From: Treponemataceae bacterium
Lineage (GTDB): Bacteria > Spirochaetota > Spirochaetia > Treponematales > Rectinemataceae
DNA length: 64,000 bases
Direction of reading: 5' to 3'
NCBI GenBank assembly: GCA_963678065.2
Contig: CAXXVZ010000002.1
Coordinates: 608,001 to 672,000 of the forward strand
The position numbers were made by a program, and so were the translations under genes. Numbering within the stretch: the stretch's first letter is position 1; each line of letters begins with the position of its first letter. The notes below the pieces were generated by a model. It searched no databases, was not told where the DNA came from, and saw only the letters and a list, made by a program, of their open reading frames with translations. Below are positions 59,510-64,000 of this stretch, in pieces.

Positions 59510-60802
59510 TATAATGAGCCCAAGAAATCAGACAGGAAACAAAGGGAAATAAGGTGACATTCCTCCTTGTAAAAAAAGATACGGGAGGCATAGAGTACAC
59601 CATGCGCAAAAGCTACGACACCAGCTTCAAGGCCAAAGTGGCCATGGAAGCAGTCCGGAACGAGAAAACCCTTCAGGAACTGTCCCAAATCTATGGAGTG
59701 CATCCGAATCAGATTGCCCAATGGAAAAAGCATGTGGTCGATCAAGTAGCCACGCTCTTTGAAAGATCAGGGAAGGACAAGGAAGCAGAAGTAGCCCAAG
59801 AGAAGCAGGACGAGCTCTTCAAGCAGATTGGGCAACTCCAGGTCGAGAATGCGTTTCTAAAAAAAAAGTACCGACAGGTGTACGGGAGCGAGCCGAACTT
59901 GTAGAACCCGACAATCAGGATCTGCCGATCATCACGCAATGTGAACTGTTGGGAATCAGCAGATCGGCGTATTACTACACATCAGTAAAGATGGATGACG
60001 AGTGGGGGATGGCCGTACTCACGGCAATTCTCGAAGAATTGAACAAGCATCCGTTCTATGGATACCGGCGGATGGCCTGTGCCTTGAAGGATATGAAGGT
60101 CACCCGCAAGCAGGTCAGGCGGATCATGAAGCGGGCAGGACTCAAGGCTCTCTTTCCCGGCAAGAATCTATCGAAACCGTCGAAACACCACAAGAAGTAC
60201 CCGTATTTATTGCGAGACAAGAAAATATGGATAGCGAACCATGTCTGGGCAACGGATGTGACCTACCTGAAGGTGAATGGGTCTCATGTCTATCTCGTGG
60301 CGATTATCGACCTGTTTTCACGGAAAGTTCTGTCGTGGCGAATCTCGAATACGATGGATGTAGGATTCTGCATCGATGCTCTGGAAGAAGCCCTTACCGT
60401 ACACGGGACTCCCGGGATCTTCAACACCGACCAAGGGAGCCAGTTCACATCCGAGGCGTTTGTCTCGGTTCTTGAAGCCAAAGGAATCCAGATCAGCATG
60501 GATGGCGTCAACCGGGCTTTGGACAACATCTATATCGAGCGGACCTGGAGGTCACTGAAGTACGAAGAAATTTACCTGAACTCGTACGAATCGCTCGTGG
60601 AACTAAAGACCGCCGTCGACAAATACTTCAATTTCTTCAACCAGGAACGATTTCATCAGTCCCTTGAGTATGCTACACCGGATGAGGTGTATAACCGATG
60701 CTTCAGCCTACGGCTGGCAGCATAGAAATTCATGAATACAAGGACAAATTGGGATCCACCTTATTTTTCTTTTTTTCTGTATTGACGATTAGGCGCACTT
60801 TA
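59510..60802 (+). mobile_element. IS3-family insertion sequence
   Basis: Imperfect 26-bp TIRs, GAC on both flanks, orfA/orfB with A9G slippery site at 59859-59868. Confidence 0.9.
59602..60725 (+). CDS. IS3 transposase OrfA (59602-59904) / OrfB via -1 frameshift
   Basis: FKAKVAMEA HTH; WATDVTY, NTDQGSQF, DNIYIER. Confidence 0.9.
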
Positions 60803-60820
60803 GACGAAGTGGGCATTTTC

Positions 60821-61153
60821 CTATTGGATCATAGCTAATTCATCAGTTATTGCTTTTTCTACAAAATTATTTATTGAAACATTCATTTTTTTGGCCGTTA
60901 TGGCTATTCGTTTATGGAGTTCTGGTGATAGGCGCAAATTAAATTTACCTGAATATGGTTTTTCAGGTTCTACCCCTTCAGATTTACACCAATTGATATA
61001 CTCATCAATAGAACCTTTAAAGGCTTCATCTATTTCTTTTACAGAGGTACCTTGAAATGTGATTACATCTCGAGTATTTAGTATATCTCCATGAAATAGT
61101 TTAGCCTCAGAGTCATATTCTACAATTCCAATATAGCCCTTATACTCCATCAT
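60821..61153 (-). CDS. hicB: HicB antitoxin
   Basis: YKGYIG, PEKPYSGKFNLRLSPELH. Confidence 0.9.
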   Translation of the reverse strand: MMEYKGYIGIVEYDSEAKLFHGDILNTRDVITFQGTSVKEIDEAFKGSIDEYINWCKSEGVEPEKPYSGKFNLRLSPELHKRIAITAKKMNVSINNFVEKAITDELAMIQ

Positions 61154-61404
61154 ATCTTTACCCCCGCATTTTCCAAAAAACGCCTTACGGAGTTTAGTGC
61201 TCCTTTATCAGTTGTTTTTTGAGGATGAGGCCGATGAAATACGGCTCTCACATCATTCAATTTTACCCTGACTCTAGAACCTGCTCCTTCAGTTATCTCT
61301 CCACCCAATGACAGAAATAGACTTTCAATATCTGACCATAAAATTCCAGATTGAATCGGGTTTCTAAAAATCATTTCAAGAGTTTTATGGTTCTTGGAAT
61401 TCAT
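61150..61404 (-). CDS. hicA: HicA toxin
   Basis: WSDIESL, GSRVRV, FHRPHP. Confidence 0.9.
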   Translation of the reverse strand: MNSKNHKTLEMIFRNPIQSGILWSDIESLFLSLGGEITEGAGSRVRVKLNDVRAVFHRPHPQKTTDKGALNSVRRFLENAGVKI

Positions 61405-61408
61405 ACTC

Positions 61409-61439
61409 GTATAGTACTATACTTTAGTACCGTGATCAA
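61409..61439 (-). promoter_or_regulatory. hicAB promoter with palindromic operator
   Basis: TTGATC-N17-TACTAT; palindrome GTATAGTACTATAC at 61409-61422. Confidence 0.6.
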
Positions 61440-61681
61440 GTCAATACCAAAGATATTTTGTGCGTAAAAAGTACACTGACAGTTTTGATGTACTTTTCAT
61501 GAATTCGATCCATTTTTTGCAGGCATTGTGTATGCCATATTCACAGAAGCTGAATCGTTCCCCAAATGCCCATTTCACCTGACGACATGATTCCGCACTC
61601 ATGCTCTTTGCAGTCCCGTCATAATGGTCTGTTCTCCCGGTTCTCGGGAAATCCCATCCATGATCGTGGACGGGAGGCGAA

Positions 61682-62080
61682 TCAGGCCAATTCCTCCCAG
61701 ATCCGCAATCCGGGGATGTTCCTGAAATGACCATCATGGGTGACGAGCTTCGAACCGGTTTCCATGGCATGCGCCGCGATCCAGATATCGTTCAGTGGAA
61801 TCATTTTCCCTTTCGCAGCCAATCCGGATTGTATCTCTCCGAATATCTCTGCCGTTTCCATGGTCACATCGATGATTGTGACACCATCTTTGCCGAGGAA
61901 GGCGTTCAGCTCTTCTTTGTTCCGGGCAAACTGCTTCCCTCCCCGGAAGCCCGCAAAAAGCTCTCCGAGCACTATTGTCGATATGTATACGACTTCGGCT
62001 TCGACGATATAGTCAAAGACAGATCTGTCTCCCGCCATGAATCCGCTGTACGCATTCGTATCGAGCAGAATTTTTGTCAT
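61682..62080 (-). CDS. vapC: VapC PIN-domain toxin
   Basis: LLDTN, LGEL, NDIWIAA, THDGHF. Confidence 0.9.
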   Translation of the reverse strand: MTKILLDTNAYSGFMAGDRSVFDYIVEAEVVYISTIVLGELFAGFRGGKQFARNKEELNAFLGKDGVTIIDVTMETAEIFGEIQSGLAAKGKMIPLNDIWIAAHAMETGSKLVTHDGHFRNIPGLRIWEELA

Positions 62081-62331
62081 TGTTTCCAATCCGATTCGTT
62101 GACTTTTTTCAGATCCGATATCCGGTCCTCAAATGACTTTTTCTCGCTTTCCGTCCATTTCCCGAATAAATCGGAAAACATTTCCCTTCTCGATGCCATC
62201 CGATCCGCCGCAAGCGAGTTTTGCAGAATCAACTTCACGGTGCGATTCTGGCTCAGTCCATATTCCTTTGACTTTTCCAGTATTTTTTTATCGAGAACGG
62301 CATCGATACCATGAATTGTCAATGCTTTCAC
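62077..62331 (-). CDS. Putative RHH antitoxin (VapB/FitA-like)
   Basis: LTIHGID...SQNRTV; overlaps vapC start; upstream TGAACCA/TGGTTCA inverted repeat at 62346-62374. Confidence 0.7.
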   Translation of the reverse strand: MKALTIHGIDAVLDKKILEKSKEYGLSQNRTVKLILQNSLAADRMASRREMFSDLFGKWTESEKKSFEDRISDLKKVNESDWKQ

Positions 62332-62487
62332 ATGAACCTCCATCTTGAACCACTACTATGTATAGTCTGGTTCATTCTGCGAGTAAATGCAAATCCTGTA
62401 TGAAGGATGACTGAAAACTACACTCGTTTTGTGCCGAGGGGGATCCACCCGGCTCCTCGTGAACCAGCGCGGGTCTGATCGGACTTC

Positions 62488-62838
62488 CTATTTCAGCAAC
62501 CTTGCCGCGACTTCCAGATTTTCCACGAACAACACCTTTCCGGTGCGGTTGCTCTCGTAGATAAAATCGCGCAGGCTTTTACTTTCGACGTTTTCGAAAT
62601 CGCCGAGTATGATCAGTCGTTTCCGATAGTTGGATGCTTTCTGGAGAATTTCCCCCGCCACGCCCGTTTTCAGGTCGAAAAATCTTTCGGTAATATTCGC
62701 CTTGTCGACTGAAATGGTGTGTGAGGGCGCACTCATGAGCGCATCGAAAAACTCGGAAAATGTATTCAACTTTTCGCCGGCTTCGAATGCCAGACTGGAG
62801 ATGATTCCTTTTTCTGTTTCAATTGTCTTTATCGTCAC
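62488..62838 (-). CDS. DUF4180 family protein
   Basis: FFDLKTGVAGEILQK...SKSLRDFIYESN. Confidence 0.8.
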   Translation of the reverse strand: MTIKTIETEKGIISSLAFEAGEKLNTFSEFFDALMSAPSHTISVDKANITERFFDLKTGVAGEILQKASNYRKRLIILGDFENVESKSLRDFIYESNRTGKVLFVENLEVAARLLK

Positions 62839-63205
62839 TGGGGGATTCCTTTGACCGCGCGAGATTCTGTTGCAGTTTCATTCCGGAAAAAATTGAATCC
62901 ATTCGCTCCCTGCTCAATGCTCCAATGTATGTTCCGATCTGGTTTTTTTCAACCGCGGACACCTGGGACACGATGACGACGCTTCGCTTTTCCAGATTTC
63001 CCTCGCCGGTTTCAAGCAGGACATTGCCGGGCTCGAATGCCCGTTTCATGTTGGTCGACAGCGAACAGACTGCCACCGTGGAAATTCTGCTCTGGTTGAT
63101 GACTGTCTCCTGCAGGATGACCTGCGGATGCAGTATTCCTTTGCCGACGCTCTCCTGGTTCGACAGGGGAATCCAGTAGATTTCGCCTTTCGTTATCGTC
63201 TTCAT
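62819..63205 (-). CDS. PemK/MazF-family protein
   Basis: GEIYW, HPQVILQ..N..ISTV..LST, PGNVLL, SQV. Confidence 0.8.
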   Translation of the reverse strand: MKTITKGEIYWIPLSNQESVGKGILHPQVILQETVINQSRISTVAVCSLSTNMKRAFEPGNVLLETGEGNLEKRSVVIVSQVSAVEKNQIGTYIGALSRERMDSIFSGMKLQQNLARSKESPSDDKDN

Positions 63206-63239
63206 ATGTCCCAGTATACCCGCCGAAGCCCGGTTTGCG

Positions 63240-63998
63240 CTATTTGTTCGCCATCGTTATCTCGGATGAACAGGTTTTTTTATTTACCGTGATTGCCACA
63301 TTCCCTTTTTTGTGACCTGTCTCGACATATTTATGCGCTTCGATGATTTGCCCAAAAGGATAGATTCTATCATTCACAGGTTTGATTATTCCTGATTCAA
63401 TCAATTCCGTGATTTTATTCAATCGATCCGATTGCAATAACAAGGCGCCATCATCTATGGAGACATATTTTCCGTTTGGCGCCAATGCTTTCTCACATGC
63501 CGTTTTCAAATCAGAAGTTTTTCTTCTTCCAACTGCATCGAGAATAAAATCATATTTTTCCAGCTTGTTTATGGAATCCTGCCTGGTGTAATCCAGTATT
63601 TTATCTGCTCCCAGGGATTTTACGAATTCAATATTCGATGATCCACAGACACCTGTAACTGCGGCTCCAAGATGCTTCGCGTACTGTACTGCGATTGTGC
63701 CGGAAGTCCCGGAGGCTCCATAAATCAGTACTTTCTGATCTCTTGCAATATTTCCTTTCTCCACATATTGAAATGCCAATAATCCTCCATACGCGGCCGA
63801 AGTGGCTTCTTCAAAGCTTATATTCATTGGTTTTATTGCCAAACAGCCTTGTTTTGAGTCGATTTCTTTCATGCATTTATAATCCGCATATGCTCCAAGA
63901 GAAAAACCGGTGAAACCATATACTTGATCGCCTGCTCTAAAACGCTTTATTTCAGGTCCCGCAAATTCGATTTCTCCCGAAAAGACTTCTCCGATGAT
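63240..63998 (-). CDS. NAD(P)-dependent MDR oxidoreductase, truncated by window edge
   Basis: Frame open to the end; GASGTSG, GHKKGNV. Confidence 0.85.
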   Translation of the reverse strand: MIGEVFSGEIEFAGPEIKRFRAGDQVYGFTGFSLGAYADYKCMKEIDSKQGCLAIKPMNISFEEATSAAYGGLLAFQYVEKGNIARDQKVLIYGASGTSGTIAVQYAKHLGAAVTGVCGSSNIEFVKSLGADKILDYTRQDSINKLEKYDFILDAVGRRKTSDLKTACEKALAPNGKYVSIDDGALLLQSDRLNKITELIESGIIKPVNDRIYPFGQIIEAHKYVETGHKKGNVAITVNKKTCSSEITMANK

Positions 63999-64000
63999 TG

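Noticed and set aside
1..64000. rRNA, tRNA or prophage genes
   Set aside because: None recognisable by eye; tRNAscan-SE and cmscan were not run

Overview
A 64-kb bacterial window; attC style and gene content suggest a Spirochaetia-like host (inference only). (1) 1-8.1 kb: CitA/CitB-type two-component system, then two DUF6305-like exported proteins, an exported gamma-glutamyltransferase, a DctM-like permease, a 49-aa membrane ORF and an M14 desuccinylase-like enzyme. (2) 8.3-22.7 kb: a ~14.5-kb cargo between 518-bp direct repeats, with IS debris at both edges, carrying a sigma54 activator, M20 and C26 hydrolases and oppABCDF behind divergent sigma54 promoters. (3) 24.3-29.8 kb: an FtsX/LolA-like/ABC operon behind a structured leader with mutually exclusive terminator and antiterminator (candidate unclassified riboswitch or attenuator). 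(4) 29.8-40.1 kb: co-oriented minus-strand small genes separated by degenerate attC-like palindromes, with no integrase in the window (CALIN-like), hit by two IS. (5) 40.2-58.5 kb: a defence island with a Ppl/TrlF-like PHP-ATPase (Walker A K->E) and an unusual nuclease-ATPase-S1 protein, each followed by an attC-like site, a DUF5655-like nuclease, a type I RM whose HsdS has two nucleotide-identical TRDs, a second orphan HsdM, and RhuM-type segments sharing a covarying in-frame palindrome. (6) 58.6-64 kb: frameshifted HAD gene, IS3, HicAB, VapBC, PemK-like toxin/DUF4180 and a partial oxidoreductase. No rRNA, tRNA or CRISPR array seen. Family calls come from manual motif recognition, not database searches; difference counts come from manual alignment.
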